Assembly (NCBI GenBank): GCA_024679065.1
Contig: JAGIQG010000009.1
Coordinates: forward strand, 90,520,001-90,584,000
Length of the DNA: 64,000 nucleotides
Reading direction: 5' to 3'
Origin: Sphyrna mokarran
Taxonomy: Eukaryota
This document shows positions 35,201-47,461 of the stretch, piece by piece. The position numbers were made by a program, and so were the translations under genes. The notes below the pieces were generated by a model. That model was not told the origin of the DNA and made no database searches. It saw only the letters and a list, made by a program, of their open reading frames with translations. How positions within the stretch are numbered: the first letter of the stretch is position 1; every line of letters starts with the position of its first letter.

Positions 35201-38200
35201 CCCAGAATCGTGAGAGAGGCAAGGGAGGAAAGAAGGCATTTGTTAAGAAGGCATATGGAGTCTTAGCTTTTATTGGTAGGGGGATTGAATTTCGGAGCCG
35301 CAACGTCATGTTGCAACTGTACAAAACTCTAATGCAGCCGCACTTGGAGTATTGTGTACAGTTCTCGTCCCCACATTATAAGAAAAATGTGGAGGCATTG
35401 GAGAGGGTACAGAGGAGGTTTACCAGGATGTTGCCTGGTATGGAGGGCAGGTCTTATGAAGAGAGGCTGAGGGATTTGAGGTTGTTTTCGTTAGAAAGGA
35501 GGCGGCTAAGACGGGACCTAATCGAAACATATAAGATGATTAGAGGTTTAGATAGGGTGGACAGTGATAGCCTTTTTCCTAGGATGGAGAAAGCTAGCAC
35601 GAGGGAACACAGCTTTAAATTAAGGGGTGATAGTTATAGGACGGATATCAGAGGTAAGTTCTTTACCCAAAGGGTGGTTCGGGAGTGGAATGCCCTGCCT
35701 GCAGCAGTTGTAGATGCGCCAAGTTTGGTTGCGTTTAAGAGGTTAGTTGATAAATATATGGAAGAGAAGGGAATGGTTTAGTTTGGAGGGTCATTGCTTT
35801 TTATATTGGTCGGCGCAACATCGAAGGCCAAAGGGCCTGTTCTGTGCTGTAATGTTCTATGTTCTAACTGGGGGCCTGGAAAGAAATCTTTGTATCCTCA
35901 CAGGTTATTGCAGAGGTCCCAGAGGATTGGAGAATAGCCAGTGTTGTTCCTTTGTTTAAGTGTAACAAGAATAATCCAAGAAATTACAGGTCGGTGAGCC
36001 TTACACCAGTGATATGGAAATTATGGGAAAGGATTCTTCGAGACAGGATTTATTCCTATTTGGAAATAAGTGGATGTATTAGTGAGAGGCAATATGGTTT
36101 TGTGAAGGGGAGGTCGTGTCTCACGAACTTGATCAAGTTTTTCGATGAAGTGACAAGATGATTGAGGGTAGAACAGTGGATGTTGTCTATATGGACTTAA
36201 GTAAGGCCTTTGACAAAGTCCGTCATTGGCAGACTGATGCAGAAGGTGAAGTCACATGGGATTAGAAATGAGTTGGTAAGGTGGATACAAAACTGGTTCA
36301 GTCAAAGAACACAAAGAAATCCCACAACACCAGTTTAAAGCCCAAACAGGTTTATTTGTAGCAAAAGCCGCAAGCTTTTGGGACAGCCTGTCCCTTCATC
36401 AGGTAGCTGGGAGTTCTGGTCGTAAAAATGACACAAAGATACAAACTCAATTTACGTACATAATGATTGAAATGTAAGTCTTTACAGCTAATCGATTCTT
36501 AAAGGTACAGACAATGTGAGTAGAAAGAGTTTTAAGCACAGGTTAAAGAACTGTGTATTGTTTCCAGACAGGAAAGTTAGTGAGCATTTGCAAGTCCAGG
36601 CACATTGTGGGGGTTACAGATAGTGCAACATGAACCCAAAATCCTGGTTGAGGCCATTCTCAAGTGTGTGGAACTTGGCTATCAGTCTCTGTTCAGCAAC
36701 TTTGCGCTGTAGTATGTCCTGACGGCCAACTTGGAGAACACTTATCTGAAGATCAGAGGCCGAATGTCCATGACCACTGAAATGTTCACCAACAGGAAGA
36801 GAACAGTCTTGTCTGGTGATTGTTGAGCGGTGTTCATTCATCCGTTGTCTTAACATCTGCATGGTCTCCCAATATACTGCTCGACAATCACCAGGCAAGA
36901 CTGGTCGCTTCCTATTAAGGAACACTTCAGTGGTCATGGACATTCAGCTTCTGATCTTTGGATAAGTGTTCTCCAAGGTGGCCTTCAGGACACATGATAG
37001 CGCAGAGTCGCTGAGCAGAAACTGATAAGCCAAGTTCTGCACACATGGGAACAGCCTCAACTGGGATCTTGGGTTCATGTCACACTATCTGTAACCCACA
37101 CAACTTGTCTAGACTTGCAAAATCTCACTAACTTTCCTGTCTGGAAACAATACACATCTCTTTAACCAGTGCTTAAAGCTCTCTCCTCTCACATTGTCTG
37201 TACTTTTAAGAATCAATCAGCTGTAAAGACTCACATTCCAATCATTATGCATGTAAATTCAGTTTGTGTCTTTGTGTCATTTTTACAACCAGAACTCCCA
37301 GCCACCTAACAAAGGACAGGCTGTCCCAAAAGCTTGCGGCTTTTGCTACATATAAACCTGTTTGGACTTTAAACTGGTGTTGTGGGATTTCTTTGTGTTT
37401 TACCCCAGTCCAAAGCCGGCATGTCCACATCATGTCAATCAAAGAAGATAGAGGTTAGCTGTGGAAGGGCACGTTTCTGAATGGAGCGTTGTGACAACTT
37501 GCTTTCCTCAGGTTCAGAGCTAGGACATTTGCTGTTTGTAATATCTATAAGTGATTTGGAGGAAAATGGAACTGGTTTGCTTAGTAAGTTTGCGGATGAC
37601 ACAAAGGTTGGTGGATTTGCGGATAGCGACGAGAACCATAGAGCAGGATATAGATCAGCTGGAGACTTGGGCAGACAGATGACAGATGGAGTTTAATCCA
37701 GACAAATGTGAGGTAATGCATTTTGGAAAGCCTAATACAGATAAGAAATATACAATAAATGGCAGAACTCTTAAGAGTATTAATAGCAAAGGGATCTGGG
37801 TGTATAGGTACACAGGTCACTGAAAGTAGCAGTGCAGATTGAGAAAGTAATTAAGAAGGCATACAGCATGTTTGCCTTCATCGGCCAGGGCATTGAATTT
37901 AAAAATTGGCAAGTCATGTTACTTTATAGAATCTTATAGCTTTATAGAATCTTAGTTAGGCCGCACTTGGAATCTAGTGTTCAATTCTGGTCGCCATACT
38001 GCCAGAAGGGTGTGGACGCTTTGGAGAGGATACAGAAAAAATTTACCAGGACGTTGCCTGGTATGGAGGGCATTAGCTATGAGGAGAGGTTGGAGAAACT
38101 TAGTTTGTTCTCACTGGAACAACAGAGGTTGAGGGGAGACCTGATCGAAGTCTACAAGATTATGAAGGGCATGGTCAGAGTGGATAGTCAGAAGCTTTTT

Positions 38201-38490
38201 CCCAGGGTGGAAGAGTCAATTATTCGGAGGCACAGGTTTAAGATGTGAGGGGCAAGGTTTAAAGGAGATGTATGTGGCAGATTTTTTACACATGCCTGGA
38301 ACTTGTGGGAGGTAGTGGAAGCAGATACGAAAGTGACTTTTAAGGGACATCTTGACAAATACATGAATAGGATGGGAATAGAGGGACATGGCTGTGGAAG
38401 GGTATGGGATTTTATGTCAGTCGAGCAGCATGGTCAATCCAGGCTTGGAGGGCTGAAGGGTCTGTTCCGATGCTGTAATTTTCTTTGTTC
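32210..38490 (+). mobile_element. Near full-length CR1 LINE (ORF1 zinc-finger + SGNH/esterase domain, ORF2), disrupted, with nested insertions
   Basis: ORF1 CC..EMWE....YICRKC and VHIGTNDIG; ORF2 CFNARSV, RNYRSVSLT, KFADD, VQFWSPY. Nested: CR1 3' fragments (32708-33240 minus, ~35231-35866 plus) and a Penelope copy. Confidence 0.88.
36310..37434. mobile_element. Penelope-like element, nearly fully palindromic ~1.1-kb copy of a distinct subfamily
   Basis: Left half minus and right half plus GIY-YIG 3' region (RQRMNEHR..VGEHF..AEQRLIAKF..GLNQD); right-hand tail; TSD tcagtcaaagaa / tcaatcaaagaa; hammerhead stem II gggacag-g-ctgtccc. Confidence 0.85.
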
Positions 38491-38921
38491 TCTGTTAACC
38501 TCTGATTAAATTCCTGTCTGGATTTTTATTAGAGTGGGGATGTACATCATGGTGAACTTCCCATCTTGCTTTGTCCCTGAGTTTGGTTTATTTGGTTGGC
38601 ATGAAAAGAATTGCCAATTACTGGAAGGAAATGAGATATACGTCAGGGTCAAATCTAGAATTGTCCAGAACTCACCATCTAAACTGAGGATGGCAGGCAG
38701 GGCTCCTGGCACTGGAGGAACCCTCTTCCTCCACTGGCTGGGTGTGGCTGGGATTTGCCAATTTTGATTAAATGTATTACTGCAGGTTTCATTTCATTCC
38801 TAAGCTCCAATCAGCCAACACACCCATCTCTATGACCCACAGCCTTTCTACATCAATTGGAAAACAAAAAAAACTCATTACACAACTGGGATAATGCATG
38901 ATTGTCAGCCAAACAGCACTC

Positions 38922-39140
38922 ATGGTTTCTCAGCCTTTTGGCTGGGATCAGGTGTCAGATCAGGCCTAAGATAGGGTGCGATGCCTTATTTTTGTCAGTT
39001 TAGATCTTGTTTGTCTTTCTTGTGGGGATCATGAATTGGATTTTCAATTTGGTTTTGGAGCAAACAAGGAATGGATTTGGATCTGCCCGGTCCACTCTGA
39101 GCACTGGCTTTGTAACTTTAAAGATGGAAGAAAAAAAAGA
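38922..39140 (+). mobile_element. U2 snRNA-derived SINE-like element / retrocopy with A-rich tail
   Basis: atggtttctcagccttttggctgggatcaggtgt resembles the U2 5' end; ttttggagca...atgga..gga.ctgcccggtccactc resembles the U2 Sm site and stem III; ends gaaaaaaaaga. Confidence 0.65.
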
Positions 39141-39142
39141 TT

Positions 39143-39400
39143 CATAGAATCCTTGTAGCGCAGAAAGTGGCCATTTGGCCCATTAAGTCTGCACTGTCTC
39201 TCCAAAAGAGCATTTTATCCACGCTTGCCCTTCTCCCCCATCTCCTCTGCATTTAGCATCATTAATCTATCTAACCTATACATATCTGGAGGAAACCCAC
39301 ACAGACATGGGGAAAACATACAAATTCCGTACACAATCATCCAAGTCTGAAATCGAACCTGGGTCCTGACACTGTGAGGCAGCAGTGATAACCCACACCT
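39143..39400 (-). mobile_element. HE1-like SINE
   Basis: catagaatcc tail, gaggaaacccacacagac core, antisense B-box aatcgaacc. Confidence 0.8.
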
Positions 39401-39428
39401 CCTCTGTAAATATTTTTTAGCACAAGAC

Positions 39429-39590
39429 AAAAACTGAAAATGCTGTATGAACTTAGCATGTCTGACAGCATCTGTGGAAAAGCAGTTAATGTTTCAGATC
39501 CAAATGAATCTAAACTTTGTCCAGTTTATTATGGGTTTTTCTAGCATTTTCTGTTTTTATTTCAGATTTCCAGCATCTGCATCTGCAGTA
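39429..39590. mobile_element. Short inverted element of a second probable Penelope-like family (related fragments 59890-59990, 61800-61900)
   Basis: Inverted ends aaaactgaaaatgct / agcattttctgttttt plus a one-sided tail; shared cagcatctgtgga block; the 61868-61894 copy keeps CTGATGA..GAAA on the minus strand. Confidence 0.5.
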
Positions 39591-40045
39591 ATTAATCTTT
39601 TTTAATGTCTGGTAAGGAGAAACATTTTAACAATGTCCCTTATTTAATATCCTTATGATTTATCTGTACACAACAGCATTCTGTGGATTGATGTTCAATT
39701 CCCAGAGACTTCAGACCAATCCTGCAATTTGTCATTTTCATCATCCAGAATGCTGACCCCATCGCATACTCCACCCTCCCTAGCTATTCCCAACCCTACC
39801 TCCATCCCCATCTACTGCCAGGAAGCTGCCACCTTTGTATTTACAGTCACTGCGAGGGACAGGGAAAATGGCAGGAGAGGGTGGGTAAGTGGGAGTGTGG
39901 GGGTGAATGGAGGCAGGGGAGTGATGGGTAGAACATGATCTTTACAAACACCTTAACTGGCTTAATAAGTTACCTATTAAGTGAACGTGTTCTTATGATA
40001 GTTATTTGATTTATTATTGTCACATATATTGGTTTTTACACACTA

Positions 40046-41883
40046 GAAGTCACACAACACCAGGTTAAAGTCCAATTGGTTTGTCAGGTAAAATCCTTTG
40101 TCAAGTAAGCAGGAGTTCAGTTCACAAGCAGAACATATAAAGACACAAACTCAAATTACAAAATAATGGTTGGAATGCAAGTTTTTATAGCTAATCAAGT
40201 CTTAAAGGTACAGATAATTTGATTGGAGACACATTAAGCACAGGTTTAAGAGATGTGTATTATCTCCAGCCAGGACAATTAGTGACATTTTGCAAGCCCC
40301 ATGGGGGTTACAGATTGTGTAACATGAACCCAAAATCCCGGTTGAGGCCGTTCTCATGTGTGCAGAACTTGGCTATCAGTCTTTGCTCAGTGACTTTGCT
40401 CAATGAGTCATGCCGCCTTGGAAAACACTTAGCCGAAGATCAGAAGCTAAATGCCGTGAATGCTGAAGTGTTCGCAACAGGAAGGGAACAGTCTTGCCTA
40501 GTGATTGTCGAGCGATATTCATTCATCCATTGTCGTAGCGTCTGCATGGTCTCCCCAATGTACCATACCTCAGGACATCCTTTCCTGCAGCGTATTAGGT
40601 AGACAACGTTGGCCAACTTGCAAGTGTATGTACCAGGTATCTGGTGCACAGTGTTCTTAGGTGAGATGATGGCATTCATGTCAATGATCTGGCATGCCTT
40701 ACAGAGGTTGCTGTGATAGGGTTGTGTGATGTCTTGGTCACTGTTCCCCTGAAGGCTGTAGTTTGCTACGGACGTTGGTCTGTTTAAAGTCTTGCGGTTG
40801 TTTGAAGGCAAGAAGTAAGAACATGGGGATGGCCTTGGCAAGATGTTCATCTTCATCAATGACATGATGAAGGCTCTGGAGAAGATGTCATAGTTTGTCT
40901 GCTCTGGGGAAATACTGGACAACGAAAGGCAGCCGTGTCTGCTGTGTCCCGTGTTTGTGTTCTGAGGAGATTGGTGTGGTTTTCGCTATGGTGTATTGGA
41001 ATTGTCAATCGATGAGTCGAGTGCCAAACCCTATACTTACAGACTTAAGCGTCTATACTTAAAGATGCTTAAGATGCACCTTTAAGCATCTGGTGGTATC
41101 TGTTGCAATCCTCCTCATCTGCGCAGATTGTCAGCAGCAAACTACCCAGCCTTCAGGAGAACAGTGACCACGACACCACAACAACTTCTGCAAGACATGC
41201 CGGATCATTGACAAGATGGCATCATCTCACGTGAGAACACCATTCACAAGGTACATACTCTTGCAACTTGGCCAATGTTGTACACCTGATAACGCTGCAG
41301 GAAAGGATATCCTGAGACACTCGCTATGACAATGGATGAATGAGCACCGCTCAACAATCACCAGGCAAGAGCGTTCTTTTCCTGTTGGGAACACTTCAGC
41401 AGTCATGGGCATTCAGCCTCTGATTTTCAGGTAAGCATTCTCCAAGGCGGTCTTCACGACACATGACAACGCAGAGTCACTGAGCAGAGACTGATACATG
41501 AGAACGGCCTCAACCAGGATCTTGGGTTCATGTCATACTATCTCTAACCCTGACGACTTGTCTGGGCTTGCAAAATCTCACTAACTGTCCTGGCAGGAGA
41601 CAATATACATCTCTTTAACTTGTGCTTAACTCTCTCTCCACTCACATTCTCTGTACCTTCTAAGATTTGATTACCTGTAAAAGCTCGCATTCCAAACATT
41701 ATTTTGTAAATTAAGTTTATGTCTTTATATGCACTGTTTGTGAACAGAACTCCCACTTACCTGATAAAGGGGCAGCACTCCGAAAGCTAGTGGCTTTTGC
41801 TTCTAAATAAACCTGTTGGACTTTAACCTGGTGTTGTTAGACTTCTGTGCTTATCCCAGTCCAAAGCTGGCATTTTCACATCA
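40046..41883. mobile_element. Penelope-like element, inverted two-part copy
   Basis: GIY-YIG motif NVVYLIRCRKGCPEVWYIGET (ORF 40440-40922); inverted termini; right-hand tail; perfect TSD ttttacacacta (40034-40045 / 41884-41895); hammerhead at 41758-41792 with G8A. Confidence 0.9.
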
Positions 41884-41999
41884 TTTTACACACTATACAG
41901 ACAAATTGGGGAACATTGTCGGTGAGATCAGTCTAATTAGCCAAATATTAATCGGATCCAAGGCTATAATAATTAAAATCTCTTATCTATGTTTTTTTT

Positions 42000-42650
42000 T
42001 ATTCATTTGTGGCACATGGGTGTCACTGGCTGGTCAGCAATTATTACCCATCCCTTGTTGAGCTTAAGAAGGTGGTGGTGAGCTGCCTTTTTGAATCGCT
42101 GCAGTTCATGTTCTGTGGACTGACCCACAATGCTATTCAGGAGGGAATTCCAAGGTTTTGACCCAAGACAGTAAAGGAACAATGGATGTATTTCCAACTC
42201 AGGATGGTGAGTGGCTTGAAGGGGAACTTGAAGGTTTTGTTTTTCCCATATATTTGCTGCCCTTGTCCTTAGAGATGGAAGTGGTCGTGAGTTATGAAGG
42301 TGCTTTCTAAGAATCTTTGGTGAATTGCTGCAGTGCATCTTGTAGACAGTACACACTGCTGCTACTGAACATCAGTGGTGAAGGGAGTGAATGTTTGAAG
42401 ATGTGGTGTCAATCAAGTGGACTGCTTTGTCCTGGATGTTGTCAAACTACTTGAGTTTTGTTGAAGCTGCACCCATCCAGGCAAGTGGGGAGGAGTATTC
42501 CATCACTCTGCTGACTTGTAGCTTGTAGATGCTGGATAGATTTTGGGGAGTCAGGTGAGTTACTCACCACAGTATTCCCAGCCTCTGACCTGCTCTTGTC
42601 ACCACTTTATTTATGTGGTGAGTCCAGTTGAGTTTCTGGTCAATGCAGAA
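42000..42650 (-). mobile_element. 3' end of a divergent CR1/L2-group LINE (further pieces 47640-48330, 49090-50500, 14870-15020)
   Basis: YKMHCSNSP, LQRFKKAAHHHLLK and LSTIYKAQV..LDTIQ fragments repeated between copies; exact clade not determined. Confidence 0.65.
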
Positions 42651-43388
42651 ACAATGATCCAGACCATGCATGTTCACACGTGGGATTTTTGTCCCATCTT
42701 CTGAGTATAGACTGATTATTCTATTGAGACAAGACCAATTTTAAAACAACAAACTGGCTTAATCTCCAGTTACTAGTTAACGAATCTGTCCTCAGAGAAT
42801 GAAACTGAACCTTTGATATAGGCCTAGTTTTAAGTTAGTATTTGCTGAAGTAACTCTAATCTTAGTTCTATGATTAGGAAACAGATTGTTTACCTTCGGT
42901 AGGCGCATAAACTGGATCACAATATCAACAGTATTTAGGTGAAAAATGTTGAGCTTTACTTTAAGTTCAAAATGGAGCTGTACAATCTCCAATACAACAT
43001 AGCCTTGCTCACATGGGAATAGGCTAGTAGCCTCCAGCCAGCAGAGGGAGCAACTTTCCTTCTGTAGCTGCCAAAATCAAGATCATCATGTTGGAAGAAA
43101 TCTTTTGGCATGAAAATAAATTTGAATTTAATATAGGGTTATGGAGAGCACTGACAAGGGCTGTCACGATAGAAGCCACCTCTATATGAATAATAAATAT
43201 TTCTCATTTAAAACATGCATTCTGATTTCATAAAATGGATGTGATTTATTTTTCATGACATTTTGTGAAGCTTCAGTCAAAGATGAAATACAGCAGGCCC
43301 TACCAGGAGAGGTATTAAACAATAGTTCCACTGAGAGCAGTTATGTTATTGTAACATAATAAACGTAAAAAAATGAGAATTCCAAATG

Positions 43389-44335
43389 GTTTGATTTGAT
43401 TTATTGTCATATGTATTAGCATACAGTACTGTTTCTTGTGTAGGTACAGACAAAGCATACCATTTATAGAGAAGGAAATGAGACAGTGTAGAATGTAGTG
43501 TTACAGTCAAGGCTAAGTTGCAAGACAGATCCATTCAAAAGTCTGACAGCAGCAGGGAAGAAGCTGTTCTTCAGTCGGTTGGTACGCGACCTCAGACTTT
43601 TGTATCCTTTTCCTGACGGAAGAAGGTGGAAGAGGAAATGACCAGGTTGCATGCGGTCTTTAATTATGTTGCCTGCTTTGCTGGGGCAGTGGAAAGTGTA
43701 AAACTGAGTCAATGGACGGGAGGCTGATTTGAGTAATGGATTGGGCTACTTTCACGATCTTTTGTAGTTTTTTGTGGTCTTGGGCAGAGTAGGAGCCATA
43801 CTAAGCTGTGATACAACTGGAAAGAATGCTTTGTATGGTGCATCTGCGAAAGCTGGTGAGAGTCGCAGCTGACATGCCAAATTTCCTAAATCTTCTAAGA
43901 AAGTAGATGCATTGGTGGGCTTTCTTAACTATAATGTTGGCATAGGAAGACCAAGACAGGTTATTGGTGATCTCGACACCTAAAATCCTGAAGCTCTCAA
44001 GCATTTCTACTTCGTCCTTGTAGGTGTAGACAGGCATATTCTCCACTACGCTTCTTGAAGTTGATGATAATCTCCTTCGTTTTGTTGACATTGAGGGAGA
44101 GATTATTGTTGTTGCACCAGTTCATCACACTCTCTATTACTTTCCTGTATTCTGTCTTTGATTGAAATCTGACCCACTACGGTGGTGTCATCAGCAGATT
44201 TGAAAATCAGGTTGGATGATCGTGGAGGAAGTGTTGTTGCCTATCCCTACTGATTGTGGTCTGTGGGTTAGGAAATTCAGGATCCAGCTGCAGAGGGAGG
44301 AGCCAAGGCCCAGGCAATGGAGTTTGGAGATGAGT
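43389..44335 (-). mobile_element. Rex1/Babar-type LINE remnant
   Basis: FRILGVEITNNLSWS, KKAHQCIYFLRR and RLKNSFFPAAVRLLN; (aaatc)n tail. Confidence 0.85.
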
Positions 44336-44722
44336 TACGCAAACACTTTACAATGATCGACCACCTTCCAGGTATTGGGATTTATATCCAAAAACATTAG
44401 TATATGTCTTGAGGTATAAAATCTTTTTTTTAGCTGTTTCAGGCGATATATTTATGAAGTGGAGCTTAAAAAATAAGCTCTGAGGCTAGTGGTACATGTA
44501 GATTTTTAAAAACACTTAAGGGTGGGAGTTTCGCTTGCTATGTCAGCATTAATTGCCCATCCATACTTGTCCTTGAGAATCATAGAAAAAACAGTATCTA
44601 CAATGCAGAAGAGACCATTTGGCCCATTGAATCTGCATCTAGTCTCCAACAGAGCATCCTACCCAGGTCCTGTCCCTCTAACTCCATGCATATCTCACTA
44701 ATTCCCCTAACCTACACATTTT

Positions 44723-47461
44723 AGAACGTAGAACATAGAACATTACAGCACAGAACAGGCCCTTCGGCCTTCGATGTTGTGCCGACCAAAATAAAAAGCA
44801 ATGCCCCTCCAAACTAAACCATTCCCCTCTCTTCCATATACTTATCAATTAACCTCTTAAACGCCACCAAACTTGGCGCATCTACAACAGCTGCAGGCAG
44901 GGCATTCCACTCCCTAATCACTCTTTGAGTAAAGAACCTACCTCGGATATCCGTCCTATAACTCATACCCCTTAATTTAAAGCTGTGTCCCCTCGTGCTA
45001 GCTTTCTCCATCCTAGGAAAAAAGGCTATCACTGTCCACCCTATCTAAACCTCTAATCATCTTATATGTTTCGATTAGGTCCCCTCTTAGCCGCCTCCTT
45101 TCTAACGAAAACAACCTCAAATCCCTCAGCCTCTCTTCATAAGACCTGCCCTCCAGACCAGGCAACATCCTGGTAAACCTCCTCTGTACCCTCTCCAATG
45201 CCTCCACATCTTTCTTATAATGTGGGACCAGAACTGCACACAATACTCCAAGTGCGGCCGCACTAGAGTTTTGTACAGTTGCAACATGATGATGCGGCTC
45301 CTAAATTCAATCCCCCTACCAATAAAAGCTAAGACTCCATATGCCTTCTTAACAACTTTATCCACTTGACTGCCTACTTTCAGGGATCTATTGAAACATA
45401 CACCAAGATCCTTCTGTTCCTCAACACTATTAAGAGCCCTACCATTAGCCCTATACTCTACACATTTGTTATTTCTGCCAAAGTGCATTACCTCACACTT
45501 TTTCACATTAAACTCCATTTGCCACCTCTCGGCCCAGCTCTGCAACTTGTCCAAGTCACTCTGTAAACTATAACACCCTCTTCACTATCTACCACTCCAC
45601 CGACTTTAGTGTCATCTGCAAATTTACTGATCCATCCCTCAATACCCTCATCCAGATCATTTATAAAAATTACAAACAGCAGGGGCCCCAAAACAGACCC
45701 CTGAGGCACACCACTCGTCACCGAACTCCACGATGAATATCTCCCATCAACCACCACCGTCTGTCTTCTATCTGCCAGCCAATTCCTAATCCAATTAGCT
45801 AAATCAACCTCTATTCCACACATCTGCATTTTCTGTAGAAGTCTGCCATGGGCCACCTTATCAAACGCCTTACTAAAGTCCATATATACTACATCAACCG
45901 CCTTACCCCCATCCACCTCTTTGGTCACTTTCTCAAAAAACTCAATGAGGTTAGTAAGGCATGACCTACCCTTCACGAAAACATGCTGACTATCCCCAAT
46001 CAATTCATTTCTCTCTAAATAACTATAAATCCTATCCCTAATAATTCTCTCCAACACTTTGCCCACAACAGAAGTAAGACTCACTGCCTATAATTCCCTG
46101 GAAGGTCTCTCTTCCCCTTCTTGAACAACGGGACCACATTCGCTATCCTCCAGTCCTCCGGAACCACACCCATAACCAACGACGACCTGAAGATCAGAGC
46201 AGAGGCTCTGCAATCTCCTCTCTTGCCTCCCAGAGAATCCTAGGGTAAATCCCGTCCGGCCCAGGGGACTTATCCAACTTCACACCCTCGAGAATTTCTA
46301 GCACATCCTCCCTATCTACTACAATACTTCCCAATTTGCAACCCTGTACCTCAGTGTTCTCCATAGCTACATTTCCAGCACTCTGCGTGAATACCGAAGA
46401 GAAATATTTATTCAATGCCTCACCAATCTCTTCAGGCTCCACTCACAACTTTCCACTGCTGTCTATGACTGGCCCTAATCTTGCCCTACCCAATCTTCTA
46501 TTCTTAACATATCGAAAGAAAGCTTTAGGATTCTCCTTAATCCTATCAGCCAACATCTTCTCGTGTCCCCTCTTAGCTCTCCTCAATTCAGTTTTTACCT
46601 CCTTCCTGGCTAATCTATAGCTATCCATTGCACTATCTGAGCCTTCAAGCCTCATCCTAACATAAGCCTCCTTTTTCTTCTTAACCAGCAAATCAACTTT
46701 TTTCTTACACCAAGGCTCTCTTACTCGACCATTTCCTCCCTGCCTGACAGGGACATACTTATCAAGGACTCGCAGCAGCTGCTCCTTGAATAAGCACCAC
46801 ATTCCAGATGTTCCCAGTCCCTGTAGTTTCCTAGTCCAATCTATGCACCCTAATTCTCTCCTGATGGCCTCATAATTACCCTTCCCCAGCTATAACTACT
46901 GCCCCCAGCTTCATGCCTATCCCTATCCATCACTAAGGTGAACGTAACCGAATTGTGGTCACTATCACCAAAATGTTCACTAACTTCCAAGCCTAACACC
47001 TGGTCTGGCTCATTGCCCAGCACCAAATCCAATGTAGCCTCACCTCTAGTTGGCCTATCTACATACTGAGTCAAAAAACCTTCCTGCACACTCTGTACGA
47101 AAACTGACCCCTCTAACGAGCTAGAGCTATAGCTATTCCAATCAATATTAGCAAAGTTAAAGTCCCCCATCACAATTACCCTACCACTTTCACTCCTAAT
47201 CAGAATTGACTTTGCAATCCTTTCCTCAACCTCTCTAGAACTATAGGAGGTCTGTAAAAGACTCCCAACAGGGTGACCTCTCCTCTCCTGTTTCTAATCT
47301 CAGCCCATACTACCTCAACAGACAAGTCCTCATCAAACTTCTTTTCTATCACTGTGATACAGTCTTTGACCAATAATGCCACTCCTCCCCCCCTTCTACC
47401 TCCTTCTCTACTCCGACTAAAGCATTTGTACCCCAGAACCTGCAACATCCATTCCTGTCCC
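44723..47461 (-). mobile_element. Young CR1 LINE, 5'-truncated, inserted into an HE1-like SINE (SINE halves 44580-44722 and 47462-47632)
   Basis: Almost continuous EN+RT ORF2 with few frameshifts ([30 protein letters not shown]); SINE is colinear across the insertion. Confidence 0.92.
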
